Assembly: GCA_965217035.1 (NCBI GenBank) | Contig: OZ244226.1 | Coordinates: forward strand, 2,090,146-2,154,145 | Length of the DNA: 64,000 nucleotides | Direction of reading: 5' to 3' | From: Bacteriovoracaceae bacterium | Lineage (GTDB): Bacteria > Bdellovibrionota > Bacteriovoracia > Bacteriovoracales > Bacteriovoracaceae | In this document: positions 37,818-48,159 of the stretch, one piece after another | Numbering within the stretch: the first letter of the stretch is position 1 | Layout of the letters: each line of letters opens with the position of its first letter | Program-made: the position numbers and the translations under genes | The notes under the pieces: model-generated | Seen by the model: the letters and a program-made list of their open reading frames with translations, nothing else | Told to the model about the DNA's origin: nothing | The model's database searches: none

Positions 37818-38306
37818 TTATTTTGAAAGAGTATTTTTTATTTCATCAGCAATAGAAGGAAGGACATATTGATCAATACTTTCACCAAGAATAGCCAATT
37901 CACGAACAAGAGTTGAACTAATTGTCGCAAAGTGAGGTTTTGAAAACATGCAAATTGATTCAACATCTTTTTCGATTCCTCTGTTTCCGGCTGCCATTTC
38001 CAACTCCATTTGAAAGTCAGAAGTGTTTCGAAGACCCCTTAAAAGGAAGGCTGCATTCTTATTCTTCGCATATCTAATGACCGTTCCAGAGTGATAATCG
38101 ACTTTGACATTGGTAAGTTTGTAATAGTCGACATAAGCCTGCATCATTTTTATTTTCTGATCCTTGCTGAAAACTGAGTTCTTATGAGGATTTTCAGCGG
38201 CTATCCAGTACAACTCGTCGAACTTCTGTGAAGCCCTCATCATGATGTCTGCGTGGCCCCAGGTGGGAGGATTCGCACTTATAGCGTAAACGATGCTTTT
38301 ACTCAT
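37818..38306 (-). CDS. coaD: phosphopantetheine adenylyltransferase
   Basis: PPTWGH, RGLR...DFQME..MA..NR, ISSTLVRE. Confidence 0.9.
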   Translation of the reverse strand: MSKSIVYAISANPPTWGHADIMMRASQKFDELYWIAAENPHKNSVFSKDQKIKMMQAYVDYYKLTNVKVDYHSGTVIRYAKNKNAAFLLRGLRNTSDFQMELEMAAGNRGIEKDVESICMFSKPHFATISSTLVRELAILGESIDQYVLPSIADEIKNTLSK

Positions 38307-38312
38307 GGCTGC

Positions 38313-38341
38313 ACTATAGCCCGCTATACGGTGTTATGCAA
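38313..38341 (-). promoter_or_regulatory. sigma70-like promoter of coaD (leaderless)
   Basis: TTGCAT-17-TATAGT, 6 nt before ATG, no SD. Confidence 0.6.
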
Positions 38342-38464
38342 CATTGATCGTTGCGGCCCGTTGTAAAGCCTTACTGTGAGAAAAAAATTAAAAAAAGTTT
38401 AGTTAAGCCAATGACATTCCAAAATTTATCCTGAATAATAGGGTCTCATTACGAAGGAGTTGCA

Positions 38465-38854
38465 ATGAGGAAATTTAGCCATATCGCTGCACTAATTAAA
38501 AAGAAGAGATTGTCTCACCCTCAAGGACTATCTCAATCAGATTTATCTCACCTTCTTGGATACAAGAATGGTCAGTTCATCAGTAATGTTGAGAGAGCTC
38601 TCTGTAACATTCCATTTAAAATGATGAATAAGGTTTGTGAAATTTTACAGATCACTCCAGCTGAAATCAGACAAGCTATGCTGAATGATTATGAGGACAC
38701 AATCAATGCCTACTTTGCAACTAATGCAGGTCTCGAAACGGCAATGACTGCGACTCAAACAACAGAAGTGGCTTCTCCGCTTGCTGGTGGTTTTGCAAAC
38801 ACTGGTTTTGGAACTTCTACTACTGAGCCTACTCAGCAAGAAACAAGTTTCTAG
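38465..38854 (+). CDS. XRE-family HTH protein with a Thr-rich tail
   Basis: LSQSDLSHLLGYKNGQFISNVERA; AAGGAG SD. Confidence 0.85.
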   Translation: MRKFSHIAALIKKKRLSHPQGLSQSDLSHLLGYKNGQFISNVERALCNIPFKMMNKVCEILQITPAEIRQAMLNDYEDTINAYFATNAGLETAMTATQTTEVASPLAGGFANTGFGTSTTEPTQQETSF

Positions 38855-38882
38855 TTCGGTTTCAATTAGTAAAATTAGCTAT

Positions 38883-38915
38883 AAAAAAGCCCTTCAGGTC
38901 GAAGGGCTTTTTTTT
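38883..38915. terminator. bidirectional intrinsic terminator
   Basis: AAAAAAGCCCTTC-AGGTC-GAAGGGCTTTTTT between convergent genes. Confidence 0.88.
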
Positions 38916-38940
38916 ATTTAAGAATGAAAGAAAGTCTGGC

Positions 38941-39612
38941 TTAAGCCTGCATTAAGCTTTCTTTGTATTTAGTATAGTCGTCGATAGATCCTTCGCTTTC
39001 CTCTGTATCCTCAGCGTAGCGAGATCTTTCTTTTTGACTGATAAGTTCATGAAAGAAAACCTTTTCTTCTGTTTCTTCAACCTTCTCAGCAATCTCTTCT
39101 CCTGGATGATTTTTAGAGAACTCATTGTCTTCGGGAAAAAATTCAATATTCTTTTGAAGTTCTTCTGCTTGCCAAGGCTTTAACGTTTTTTCAAAACCAC
39201 GAAGAGTTTTAAGTTGTTTCTGGTAATTATCAAATGTTCTTCTCACTTTTTTATTGAGAGTCCCTCTAAAGGAATCGAAGTAATCCTTTCTCGCTTTTAA
39301 ATAGCGAGAAATTGTCTCAAGATAAGCACCTACCACTCCGCGCGTGGTAATAGGTTTTCTCTTTCTATTATTATTCCGATTTCTTCTTGGGCGTGAACTA
39401 TTTTTGTTTTGAGTTCTTTGAGGGTTGTTGCGGCTTTGAGGGCGTTGTCCATGAGGTTTTCTCTGGCCTCGATTTTCATCAGCTTTTTTAGTAACAGAAT
39501 TTTGAGACCGAACTTGTGACTCTTCTTTTGACTGACTTTTTTGATTTTTATTGGGGCGACGGCGCCTCTGATGCCGTCTAGGTTTTTTTTTAGGTCTGTT
39601 CTCTTCGCTCAT
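38941..39612 (-). CDS. hypothetical protein with an R/N/Q-rich disordered N-terminus and acidic C-terminus
   Basis: GAGGT SD; 223 aa ORF. Confidence 0.75.
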   Translation of the reverse strand: MSEENRPKKKPRRHQRRRRPNKNQKSQSKEESQVRSQNSVTKKADENRGQRKPHGQRPQSRNNPQRTQNKNSSRPRRNRNNNRKRKPITTRGVVGAYLETISRYLKARKDYFDSFRGTLNKKVRRTFDNYQKQLKTLRGFEKTLKPWQAEELQKNIEFFPEDNEFSKNHPGEEIAEKVEETEEKVFFHELISQKERSRYAEDTEESEGSIDDYTKYKESLMQA

Positions 39613-39678
39613 GTTTACCTCTGCTTATTCCATTAATATAATGGAGCCAGTTTTAATATACACAAATTGGAGGATTAA

Positions 39679-40662
39679 ATGAATAAAGTTAGAGTGACGG
39701 TGACTGGTGCTGCCGGGCAAATTGGATACGCCTTATTATTTCGTATTGCATCTGGTCAAGCTTTTGGACCAAGCACTGAGGTTGAGCTCAATCTTTTAGA
39801 ACTTGAGAGAGCGCTTCCTGCACTTGAAGGTGTCGCAATGGAGCTTGATGATTGTGCTTTTCCGCTCTTGAAAAATATTACATGTACCTCTGATTTGAAG
39901 ACTGCCTTTGATGGATCAAACTGGGCACTTCTGGTTGGATCTGTACCAAGGAAAGATGGAATGGAAAGGGCGGACCTTCTTAAGATCAACGGTGGAATCT
40001 TTACTCAACAAGGGAAGGCCATTAATGATTATGGTGCAGATGATATCAGAACATTTGTTATAGGAAATCCTTGTAATACGAATTGTTTAATTGCCATGAA
40101 TAATGCTCCAGATGTTCCAAACAATCAGTTTTTTGCTATGACAACTCTTGATGAAAATAGGGCGATTACTCAACTTGCGAAAAAGGCGGGAGTAAGTACA
40201 ACCGCAATTAAGAATATGACAATTTGGGGGAATCACTCTTCAACTCAATACCCAGATTTTTACAATACCTTTATTAATGGTAAGTCGGCTGCGGAAGTTA
40301 TTAACGATGAAGCTTGGCTTCAGGGTGAGTTCTTAACGACTGTTCAAAAACGTGGTGCTGCGATCATTAAAGCAAGAGGAGCTTCCTCGGCGGCTTCAGC
40401 TGCGAATGCGGTCATTGATGGTGTACTCAATATGACAACAGAAACAGGTGCAGAAGAAACTTATTCAATGTGTTTAAGTTCTCAAGGACAGTATGGCGTT
40501 GATGAAGGGCTTATTTTTTCATTTCCATGCCGGACAGTGAATGGAAAAGTGACAGTAGTCGAGGGAATTAAACATAATGATTTTGGAAAAGAAAAGTTCA
40601 ATGCCACTCTTGATGAATTAAGAACTGAGAGAGATACCGTCAAAGGTGAAGGATTAATTTAA
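39679..40662 (+). CDS. mdh: malate dehydrogenase (type 2)
   Basis: [32 protein letters not shown]. Confidence 0.96.
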   Translation: MNKVRVTVTGAAGQIGYALLFRIASGQAFGPSTEVELNLLELERALPALEGVAMELDDCAFPLLKNITCTSDLKTAFDGSNWALLVGSVPRKDGMERADLLKINGGIFTQQGKAINDYGADDIRTFVIGNPCNTNCLIAMNNAPDVPNNQFFAMTTLDENRAITQLAKKAGVSTTAIKNMTIWGNHSSTQYPDFYNTFINGKSAAEVINDEAWLQGEFLTTVQKRGAAIIKARGASSAASAANAVIDGVLNMTTETGAEETYSMCLSSQGQYGVDEGLIFSFPCRTVNGKVTVVEGIKHNDFGKEKFNATLDELRTERDTVKGEGLI

Positions 40663-40985
40663 TGAGTCTTATCAGTATTGAAGAATTTCATAATGGTGAT
40701 TTTCAAAACCTTCAAGAAGGAGATGTGATTCTCGATGTTCGAACTCCAGAAGAGTATCAGGCTTCAAGAATTCCTGGAAGTATCAATATTCCGCATGACC
40801 AGGTTGCTGATCGTCACCATGAATTAGAAGGAAGCAAAAGAGTTTTTATCCATTGTAAAAGAGGGGCAAGAGCTCAAGTTGCGTGGACGGTATTACAAGA
40901 AATGAATCCAGATTACATAATGATTTGCATCGGAGATGGAGGGACTGAAAGATGGTTTGAAGCAAATTTTCCATCTGAGTCCTAA
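40662..40985 (+). CDS. rhodanese-domain protein
   Basis: LDVRTPEEY...IPGSINIP, HCKRGAR. Confidence 0.88.
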   Translation: MSLISIEEFHNGDFQNLQEGDVILDVRTPEEYQASRIPGSINIPHDQVADRHHELEGSKRVFIHCKRGARAQVAWTVLQEMNPDYIMICIGDGGTERWFEANFPSES

Positions 40986-41025
40986 ACTCAAGCAGTTTTT
41001 CAAGTCAGAATAAAAAACTAGTGAT

Positions 41026-41066
41026 CAAGCCATGTCAGCTATTCAAGACATGGTTTGTCTCTTTTT
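41026..41066 (+). terminator. probable terminator of mdh-rhodanese
   Basis: CAAGCCATGTC-N10-GACATGGTTTG followed by TCTCTTTTT. Confidence 0.6.
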
Positions 41067-41303
41067 CACATCATTACAGTGACGAGTGTTTCTCCTGCAA
41101 TCTAGGTCAGTTCAAAAAATGCAGTAACCTGTGTTTTAAGAAGTGAAAGAGAAGCTGATTTTGAGGATTCTTGGAAGCTGCCATTTTTTTGAGGCGTTTC
41201 TCTTATTCTTCAAAAGTCTATTAAACAATTAAAAACAACAACTTAGCAGTATTAGGCTCAAATAAAGTATTCTTGGGCTAAAATATTTATATCGAGGTTT
41301 GTT

Positions 41304-41711
41304 ATGTTGAAAAAAATTGGTTTTAGCCTTTCGGCGCTTCTTCTTTTGGGAATTCTTGTGAGTTGTGAGCAACAAGAGTCTTATGAATCATCTACTGAGG
41401 AAATTGAAATAGGAAACCTCGAGAATGATGTTATTATTAAAATAGATTCAGTGACTGAGCAAGTTCTTCTTTCTGGAGATGAAGTTTCAGCATTGGAAGT
41501 TCGGTTTGAAGAAAGTGAAGGATCAGAGGAAGTATTTTTCTCTCGAGAAAACGAGTCCGAGCAACGTTGCTTAAAATTAACTGATCAACTCTTGATGATT
41601 GAGAGAGCTGAAGACATTAAGGCTAAACTAAAGCAGATTTCTGAGTCTGCTAATGCTGATGAACTTTGGGATCTTTGTGCGTTAGAGTTTGAGAGTTTCG
41701 CTCAAGATTAA
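41304..41711 (+). CDS. acidic lipoprotein, unknown function
   Basis: Lipobox LVSC; GAGGT SD. Confidence 0.75.
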   Translation: MLKKIGFSLSALLLLGILVSCEQQESYESSTEEIEIGNLENDVIIKIDSVTEQVLLSGDEVSALEVRFEESEGSEEVFFSRENESEQRCLKLTDQLLMIERAEDIKAKLKQISESANADELWDLCALEFESFAQD

Positions 41712-41757
41712 TTCTTGTTTATTTGTTTTCTATTCTTCTAACAGTTACACTTTTTAT

Positions 41758-43320
41758 GTGAGAAACTGGTCTAGAAGGGATTTCCTGGAATTTTTAGGGT
41801 ATAGTGCTGTCTTTTCAGGGGCGGCTCCCGCTCTACAATCTTGTAGCTCTCTAGATCCTCGCTATCTCCGTTATAATAAGATCAAGTCTGTAACACCAAC
41901 TTTAAAAGATGATCTTATTCTTGCGGAAGGATTTTCTTATAGAAAGGTGATCTCTTGGAATGATCGAATCAATGTAAAAGAAAAATTTGGTTTTAATAAT
42001 GATTTTATAAGTTATGTACCATTAAAAAAAGATGAAATTCTTTTATGGGTGAATCACGAATATACTAACCCTCTCTTTGTTTCTGGTATCGAGAGAACAA
42101 GAAAGAATATTATTACTGACATGAAAACCGTTGGTGGTAGTATTATTCATCTAAAGAGAACTCATGGTGATTGGAATTTTGTAAAAGATTCTAAGTATAA
42201 TAAAAGACTTCATGCACTGACTTCAATTCCTTTTTCGAATGGGCAGAGTGTTCAAGGAAAAAAACGAGCAAGAGGAACTCTTGCTAATTGTTCAGGTGGA
42301 AAAACTCCTTGGGGGACAATTTTATCTGCTGAAGAAAACTATGATTATTTTTACGGTGAAAGAATTGAAGAGACACGAAAGATAACGAAAAGTCTTCATT
42401 GTTGGGAGACTCAGTTTTATAGTCCTCCAGAGCATTATGGATGGATAGTTGAAATTGATCCCTTTACAGGGAAAGCAACAAAGCGAATTGAGCTTGGTCG
42501 GTTTTGTCATGAATCAGCTACGGTTGCTCAGCATAGAAATGGAGTTGTTGTCTACAGTGGAGATGATAAGTCCGATGAGCACCTTTATAAGTTCATCTCC
42601 GAATCCAATACAAACCTCGAGAAAGGAACTCTTTATGTTGCTAACCTTGATGAGGGAAGATGGATTCCACTTGATATAAAAAAACACAAAATACTTCAAA
42701 AGAATTTTAAAGATCAACTCGATGTACTTACTTATTGCCGGAAAGCTTCAAAACTTTTGAGAGCTACTCCACTTGCAAGGCCTGAAGACATAGAAGTTCA
42801 TCCTCTTACGGGAGATGTGTATATTGCCTTAACTGGGAACAAACATAAAGGTGATTATTACGGAAGAATTTTGAGGATTAGAGAGAGAAACGGGGATTAC
42901 CACTCGACGCACTTCAGTGCCGATTCTTTTATTACTGGTGGTCCTCAATTTGGTTTTTCTAATCCGGATAATGTTCATTTTGATAAACTTGGAAACTTTT
43001 GGTTTTGTAGTGATATTTCTGGACCTAAAATGGGGAAAGGAAAATATCAATCTTTTGGGAACAATGGGATTTTCGTTGTCCCCTTTGCAGGTAAAAATAA
43101 AGGGAAAGTTTTGCAAATTGCTTCAGCTCCGAAAGATGCAGAATTCACTGGTCTTTGTTTCGATCCTGATGAAAAACGACTTTTTGTTTCTGTTCAGCAT
43201 CCTGGAGAACTGACGAAAGACAAAAAGAAGCCAACAAGTCTTTGGCCATTTGATGGAAGTGGAATACCGAAACCATCCGTTGTTGAAATTAAGAGTTTTC
43301 TCTTTGAATCTTTAATTTAA
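41758..43320 (+). CDS. phoX: PhoX-family alkaline phosphatase (Tat-exported); GTG start proposed
   Basis: SRRDFL Tat motif; VNHEY, NCSGG.TPWGT.LSAEEN, LGRF.HE, RPED, NPDN, AEFTG, QHPGE. Confidence 0.88.
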   Translation: MRNWSRRDFLEFLGYSAVFSGAAPALQSCSSLDPRYLRYNKIKSVTPTLKDDLILAEGFSYRKVISWNDRINVKEKFGFNNDFISYVPLKKDEILLWVNHEYTNPLFVSGIERTRKNIITDMKTVGGSIIHLKRTHGDWNFVKDSKYNKRLHALTSIPFSNGQSVQGKKRARGTLANCSGGKTPWGTILSAEENYDYFYGERIEETRKITKSLHCWETQFYSPPEHYGWIVEIDPFTGKATKRIELGRFCHESATVAQHRNGVVVYSGDDKSDEHLYKFISESNTNLEKGTLYVANLDEGRWIPLDIKKHKILQKNFKDQLDVLTYCRKASKLLRATPLARPEDIEVHPLTGDVYIALTGNKHKGDYYGRILRIRERNGDYHSTHFSADSFITGGPQFGFSNPDNVHFDKLGNFWFCSDISGPKMGKGKYQSFGNNGIFVVPFAGKNKGKVLQIASAPKDAEFTGLCFDPDEKRLFVSVQHPGELTKDKKKPTSLWPFDGSGIPKPSVVEIKSFLFESLI

Positions 43321-43362
43321 TTCTATTCATTGCTGGTTCAAGATACTTGATATTATTTGAGG

Positions 43363-43397
43363 GAATAAAGAGGTCCGGCGGGGAAGTGCCAGACCTC
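43363..43397 (-). terminator. probable terminator of the S8 protease gene
   Basis: Hairpin 43370-43397 (plus-strand GAGGTCCGGC...GCCAGACCTC) followed by TTTATTC on the minus strand. Confidence 0.55.
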
Positions 43398-43408
43398 GAA
43401 GATTATCC

Positions 43409-44725
43409 TTAGTCCTGGATATTTTTGAGAGCTTTTAAGGCTTCTACACGTCCTTGTGAAACTGAATAGTTTTTAAGTCCTTGTGACTTTATTGAAGTTT
43501 TAATTAGAGTGTTTCTTATTTGAAGCGGCGTAAGATTTGGGTTCATAGACTTGAGAAGTCCTGCAATCCCCGCAACGTAAGGAGTTGCCATCGATGTACC
43601 AGAAAATTTCTTGTACGCCTTATTCTTAGAAACAGTCGACATTATCACACTTCCGGGTGCAAACACATGAACATTCTTTTTTCCATAACTAGAAAAGTAA
43701 GACTTTCCTTCGCCACCTTGGTGAGATCCAACCGCGATAACATTGTCGATATCCATATTAGAAGTACTTTTCTTTTTATCATTGTCTGCATTAGAGTTCC
43801 CTGCAGCAATAATAAAAGTAATTCCTTTTTTCTCTGCTTCTTTTACAGCGTCGATCAAGCCTTGAGGAGGAGTGATGCTTGCACCCCAAGAGTTAGACAT
43901 AATATGAGCCCCATTCTTGATAGCGTAATCAATTGACTGAAGAGCAGCTTCGAATGTTCCGCTACCGCCAGCTCCTAGAAATTTAATGGCCATGATTTGT
44001 ACATCTTTAAGAACTCCTCTGATTCCAATATCATTATGAGTTGCTGCAATAATCCCCGCACAATGTGTCCCATGATCATTATCATCCATTGGATCACCGT
44101 CTTTATTTGCGAAGTCATATCCATAAATATCATCAACAAATCCATTTCCGTCATCGTCAACACCAGGTGCTCCTGATCTTTCTTGTTCATTGATCCACAT
44201 CGTATCTTTTAGATCAGGATGCTTGTAATTAACACCTGTATCGATAACGGCAATAACAAGCTTTTTGTTTCCTGTCTGCTTTTTCCAAGCTTCAAGTGCG
44301 TTAATATCGGTTCCTGCTTTAGGATTAGAAACTTGTGAGTCTTTTACGTTATCACCTGTATTTTGAAGGGCCCATTGCTCTTTAAAGAGTTGATCGATTC
44401 CATCGCGACTTCTTTTTGATCGTCTTTCAGATTTATGGAACCTTCTTGGGTTAACTTTAAACATGACATTTTTGTCGATAGAAATTACGTTGCTACTTCT
44501 TTTCATTTTCTTAAGTCGGCTAAGTTCTGCCTTGCTGTCAATTCCAACCTTATAGTAGTTACCGAAACTGATATTCAGTTTCTTTACTTTGCGTGTTTTC
44601 AGCAGTGATTTAAGTTTTGTTGTCTGGCTGCCAAGGTTTTTTTTAAGACGAACAATATAAGTCTTAGAAAAAACTGGTGTTGCAATGATGCAAAGTGTAG
44701 CGATAGCTAAGATAGCTTTTCTCAT
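43409..44725 (-). CDS. secreted subtilisin-like S8 serine protease
   Basis: Triad VIDTG / HGTHCAG / SGTSMATP; signal peptide and prodomain. Confidence 0.93.
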   Translation of the reverse strand: MRKAILAIATLCIIATPVFSKTYIVRLKKNLGSQTTKLKSLLKTRKVKKLNISFGNYYKVGIDSKAELSRLKKMKRSSNVISIDKNVMFKVNPRRFHKSERRSKRSRDGIDQLFKEQWALQNTGDNVKDSQVSNPKAGTDINALEAWKKQTGNKKLVIAVIDTGVNYKHPDLKDTMWINEQERSGAPGVDDDGNGFVDDIYGYDFANKDGDPMDDNDHGTHCAGIIAATHNDIGIRGVLKDVQIMAIKFLGAGGSGTFEAALQSIDYAIKNGAHIMSNSWGASITPPQGLIDAVKEAEKKGITFIIAAGNSNADNDKKKSTSNMDIDNVIAVGSHQGGEGKSYFSSYGKKNVHVFAPGSVIMSTVSKNKAYKKFSGTSMATPYVAGIAGLLKSMNPNLTPLQIRNTLIKTSIKSQGLKNYSVSQGRVEALKALKNIQD

Positions 44726-44858
44726 GTGTATTCCCTCACAGTTTTGACCCTTCTTTGGGTGTTAATAATGATTAAGGTTAGTCTAGGGAGTAAAAAACTC
44801 AACTTCTATCGCTTTTCTCTAACACTTTCTGACAAAATTAGTTGGAATTTATTGGGAT

Positions 44859-44884
44859 AAAAAAAGGGGAGCGAATGCTCCCCT
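44859..44884 (-). terminator. intrinsic terminator
   Basis: AGGGGAGC-ATTC-GCTCCCCT followed by a T run on the minus strand. Confidence 0.85.
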
Positions 44885-44892
44885 GAATTGAT

Positions 44893-46218
44893 TTAGTTTT
44901 TAGTATTTTGAATCGCTCTAAGAGCGTCGACTCGACCTTTAGAAACTGAGTGTCTGCTTAATTTGTTATCGAGAATTGATGTTGAAATTAACCGCTTTCT
45001 TACTTCTGCCGGTGTAAGAGTTGGTTCTAAGCTTAAGATTAATCCAGCAATCCCTGAAACATATGGAGTTGCCATAGAAGTTCCTGAAATCGACTTATAC
45101 TTTCCTCCGACAATTGTTGAATAGATCTCTGTGCCCGGGGCCATAACGTCTACACTTGTGACTCCGTAATTTGAGAATTCTGATTTTTTCCCTGAGCTTT
45201 CTATAGATCCAACAGAAATAATATTAGAAAGTGGAATTCCAGCAGGGCTATAAGCAAACTTATCAGAGTTTGTTGATGCATTACCTGCTGCCGCGACAAA
45301 GATGATTCCTTTTTCTTCTGCTCGCTTTATCACGTCAACTTGAGCTTGATTAAATTGCGGTGGTCCTTTCTTTTTCTTTGAACCTGACCTTACTTTCGAT
45401 CCCCAAGAGTTAGACATAATATCAACCCCCATTTTAATGGCGTAATCGATAGCGTTGATAATACTCATTGTCGTTGCGCTTCCATTGCTTCCAAAAGCCT
45501 TAACTGGAAGAATAGAGGCATTTTTCATTATCCCTCTTACCCCTAAATCATTATGCATAGCTGCTATGATACCTGCGCAATGTGTTCCATGACCATTGTC
45601 ATCCATTGGGTTGGCGTCGTTGTTAGCAAAGTCATAGCCATAAATATCATCAATATAACCATTTCCATCATCGTCGACACCTTTTTGTCCATTGGCTTCA
45701 GCCTCGTTGATAAAGATATTGTCTTTTAAATCTTCATGGTTGTAATCAACACCAGTATCGATAACCGCAATTTTGATTTTTTTGTTTCCTCGACTAAAGT
45801 CCCAAGTTTCGAGAGCACTTAGATCAACTCCTGCTTTTTTTCCATTGATCCCATCGTTTTTAAGGGCCCATTGCTTGGCGAACCCAGGATCACTGACTCT
45901 TGAATCTCCTTCTCCGGCTCTTGTTTTGGATGGGGATGATGATTCGATGATTGGTTCAAGATTTATTGTTTCATTCTTCGCAATATATTCAACGCGAGAA
46001 TCATTCTTGATTCTTCTAAGCTCAGCAGCTCCAACTTCTTTTAGGTTGACTAAATAGAAAGTGCCTACCGAAAGTTGATTAAGGCTTAGGTCTGATGTTT
46101 GGAACAGAGATAAGGCTTGGTTCTGAGAAAGAGCTCTATCCTCTTTAAGTTTGACGATATAGCCAGAGCTTAAAGCTGATTGAACTCCAAAGACGAATAG
46201 TAGTGCTAGTAACTTCAT
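44893..46218 (-). CDS. secreted subtilisin-like S8 serine protease (tandem paralogue)
   Basis: Triad VIDTG / HGTHCAG / SGTSMATP. Confidence 0.93.
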   Translation of the reverse strand: MKLLALLFVFGVQSALSSGYIVKLKEDRALSQNQALSLFQTSDLSLNQLSVGTFYLVNLKEVGAAELRRIKNDSRVEYIAKNETINLEPIIESSSPSKTRAGEGDSRVSDPGFAKQWALKNDGINGKKAGVDLSALETWDFSRGNKKIKIAVIDTGVDYNHEDLKDNIFINEAEANGQKGVDDDGNGYIDDIYGYDFANNDANPMDDNGHGTHCAGIIAAMHNDLGVRGIMKNASILPVKAFGSNGSATTMSIINAIDYAIKMGVDIMSNSWGSKVRSGSKKKKGPPQFNQAQVDVIKRAEEKGIIFVAAAGNASTNSDKFAYSPAGIPLSNIISVGSIESSGKKSEFSNYGVTSVDVMAPGTEIYSTIVGGKYKSISGTSMATPYVSGIAGLILSLEPTLTPAEVRKRLISTSILDNKLSRHSVSKGRVDALRAIQNTKN

Positions 46219-46336
46219 TTTCCTCTCCTTGGATCTTATTAGATATACTCACTATTGTGTTTTCAAATAAGTCTAAACTGAGCAAATCAGTTATGCTAAA
46301 CTTTTCCTTGGGATGTAAGCAAATGAAGGAATTGTC

Positions 46337-47467
46337 GTGGGCATAATTTTTATTTATTTAGTTCTGGGGTCAATGATTCTAGGATTCAGCGTGGTTTTTT
46401 TTCTTATTAAAAACTCACAGAAAAAAATCGAACAGCTTTCATCCTTATTGGAGGGGAAGGATCAAGAGCGAGAACAAAAGTATCGCGAGTCACTCTTTGA
46501 GTTCCAACAAAAAATTCAAAAAGATCAGTTCGAGTTACAAAATACTTTTCAGGATCGTCTTGGAAAAAACTTTGAATCTCTTGATAAAAAGGTTTCGGAT
46601 AAACTTAATTTAAGTTTTGAAAAAAATACCCAAACGATTAAAGGGGTAGTTGAAAGACTTACTCGAATTGATGAAGCCCAGAAAAAAATTGAAGAACTTT
46701 CGAAGAATGTTGTTTCTTTGCAAGACCTTTTATCTGATAAAAAGACGCGAGGAGCTTTTGGAGAGGTTCAGCTTTCACAAATACTTGTTAGTGTTTTTGG
46801 AGAATCGGATCGTTTCTTTAAAGAGCAATATACTTTACCCAACAAAACGATTGTCGATTGCATGCTCTTCTTACCTGAGCCTATGGGGCATTTAGCGATT
46901 GATTCAAAGTTCCCACTAGAGAATTATAGAAGGATGCTTGAAGCTCGCAAAGAAGAGGGAAGTGCAAACGCTGTTGAATTCACAAGAGCATTTAAGCGTG
47001 ACATGAAAAAACACGTTGATGATATTGCTGGAAAATATATTATTTCAGGAGAAACGGCAGATCAAGCAATGATGTTTATTCCTGCAGAATCTATTTTTTC
47101 AGAGGTTCATAGTAATCATTTAGATCTTGTCGATTACGCTTATAAAAAACGTGTTTGGCTAACTTCTCCGACAACAATGATGGCAGTTTTAAGTACCGTT
47201 CAAGTGGTTTTAAAAAACCAAGAGCAAGCAAAGTATGCTGATGTCATTCAGGAAGAGTTGAGAAAGCTGAGTAATGATTTTCGTCTTTACCAAGAGAGAT
47301 GGGACAAATTAAGCAGGCATATTGACACTGTCTCGAAAGATGTCAAAGAAGTGAACACTTCCTCTGAAAAGATTTCTAAACGTTTCGAAAAGATTGTAGA
47401 TCTTGAGATTGGCAGTCATAATACAACTAATAATGGGTCTTCAAGTTCTTTGGATACCCTTCTTTAA
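46337..47467 (+). CDS. rmuC: DNA recombination protein RmuC
   Basis: N-terminal TM, coiled coil, RGAFGE.QL, IDSKFP, MFIPAE, SPTT. Confidence 0.92.
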   Translation: MGIIFIYLVLGSMILGFSVVFFLIKNSQKKIEQLSSLLEGKDQEREQKYRESLFEFQQKIQKDQFELQNTFQDRLGKNFESLDKKVSDKLNLSFEKNTQTIKGVVERLTRIDEAQKKIEELSKNVVSLQDLLSDKKTRGAFGEVQLSQILVSVFGESDRFFKEQYTLPNKTIVDCMLFLPEPMGHLAIDSKFPLENYRRMLEARKEEGSANAVEFTRAFKRDMKKHVDDIAGKYIISGETADQAMMFIPAESIFSEVHSNHLDLVDYAYKKRVWLTSPTTMMAVLSTVQVVLKNQEQAKYADVIQEELRKLSNDFRLYQERWDKLSRHIDTVSKDVKEVNTSSEKISKRFEKIVDLEIGSHNTTNNGSSSSLDTLL

Positions 47468-47571
47468 GACCACAAAGGGTTTTAATCAGTTAATTGTTCT
47501 TTTTCCTTTTTAATAAGATAATAAAGGAAATACATTATTCATTGAAAAGTACTCAATGGAAGGAGTTCATT

Positions 47572-48087
47572 ATGAAAAAGATTTTAGTAATTTTTATGAC
47601 GTTAGGTTTTATCTCTTCTGCACAAGCTGGGTTTCGTGGAAACATAGGGATTGATATGGCCTTTTCAGGTGATGATGGTGCAGGAAATGATTTCGATAAT
47701 ATGCCACTTTGGGCTGATATCGAATTAGGATGGTCTACTCTAGGTCTCTCTTATGGCTTGAACTATGAAACGACATTGACTGATATTGAGTTTGAAAATA
47801 GCACTGGAGAGTTTTCTCACAATGGTTATGGAATCTTTGTTGGTTATGAATTTCCTGTGATGTTTAGAATTTACGGAGCTTATATGCTCGGGGGAGCAAT
47901 TGAAGGCGAAGGAACTTTTGAAAGAACTAAAATGAGCGGGACAAAGCTAGGTCTTGCTTACACGGGTTTCCCTTTGATTGATATCACTCTTGAAATAAGA
48001 AGTTATGAATTTGATGAAGATCAAAATGGTAATGATGTTGATAGTGAATTAAATGCTACGACTCTAGGACTTGCCTTTTCTTTCTAA
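47572..48087 (+). CDS. small outer-membrane beta-barrel protein
   Basis: Start reassigned to MKKIL after AAGGAG; AQA cleavage site; alternating strands; terminal Phe. Confidence 0.75.
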   Translation: MKKILVIFMTLGFISSAQAGFRGNIGIDMAFSGDDGAGNDFDNMPLWADIELGWSTLGLSYGLNYETTLTDIEFENSTGEFSHNGYGIFVGYEFPVMFRIYGAYMLGGAIEGEGTFERTKMSGTKLGLAYTGFPLIDITLEIRSYEFDEDQNGNDVDSELNATTLGLAFSF

Positions 48088-48109
48088 TTCTTTATAAAAA
48101 TTGAGAAAT

Positions 48110-48140
48110 AAAAAAAGCCCTCGTAAGAGGGCTTTTTTTT
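48110..48140. terminator. bidirectional intrinsic terminator
   Basis: AAAAAAAGCCCTC-GTAA-GAGGGCTTTTTTTT. Confidence 0.9.
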
Positions 48141-48159
48141 GATAAGCATTTTATTTTAA

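Noticed and set aside
41689..41757. N-terminal extension of PhoX in the ORF track
   Set aside because: Overlaps the upstream gene and promoter; the Tat motif position favours GTG 41758
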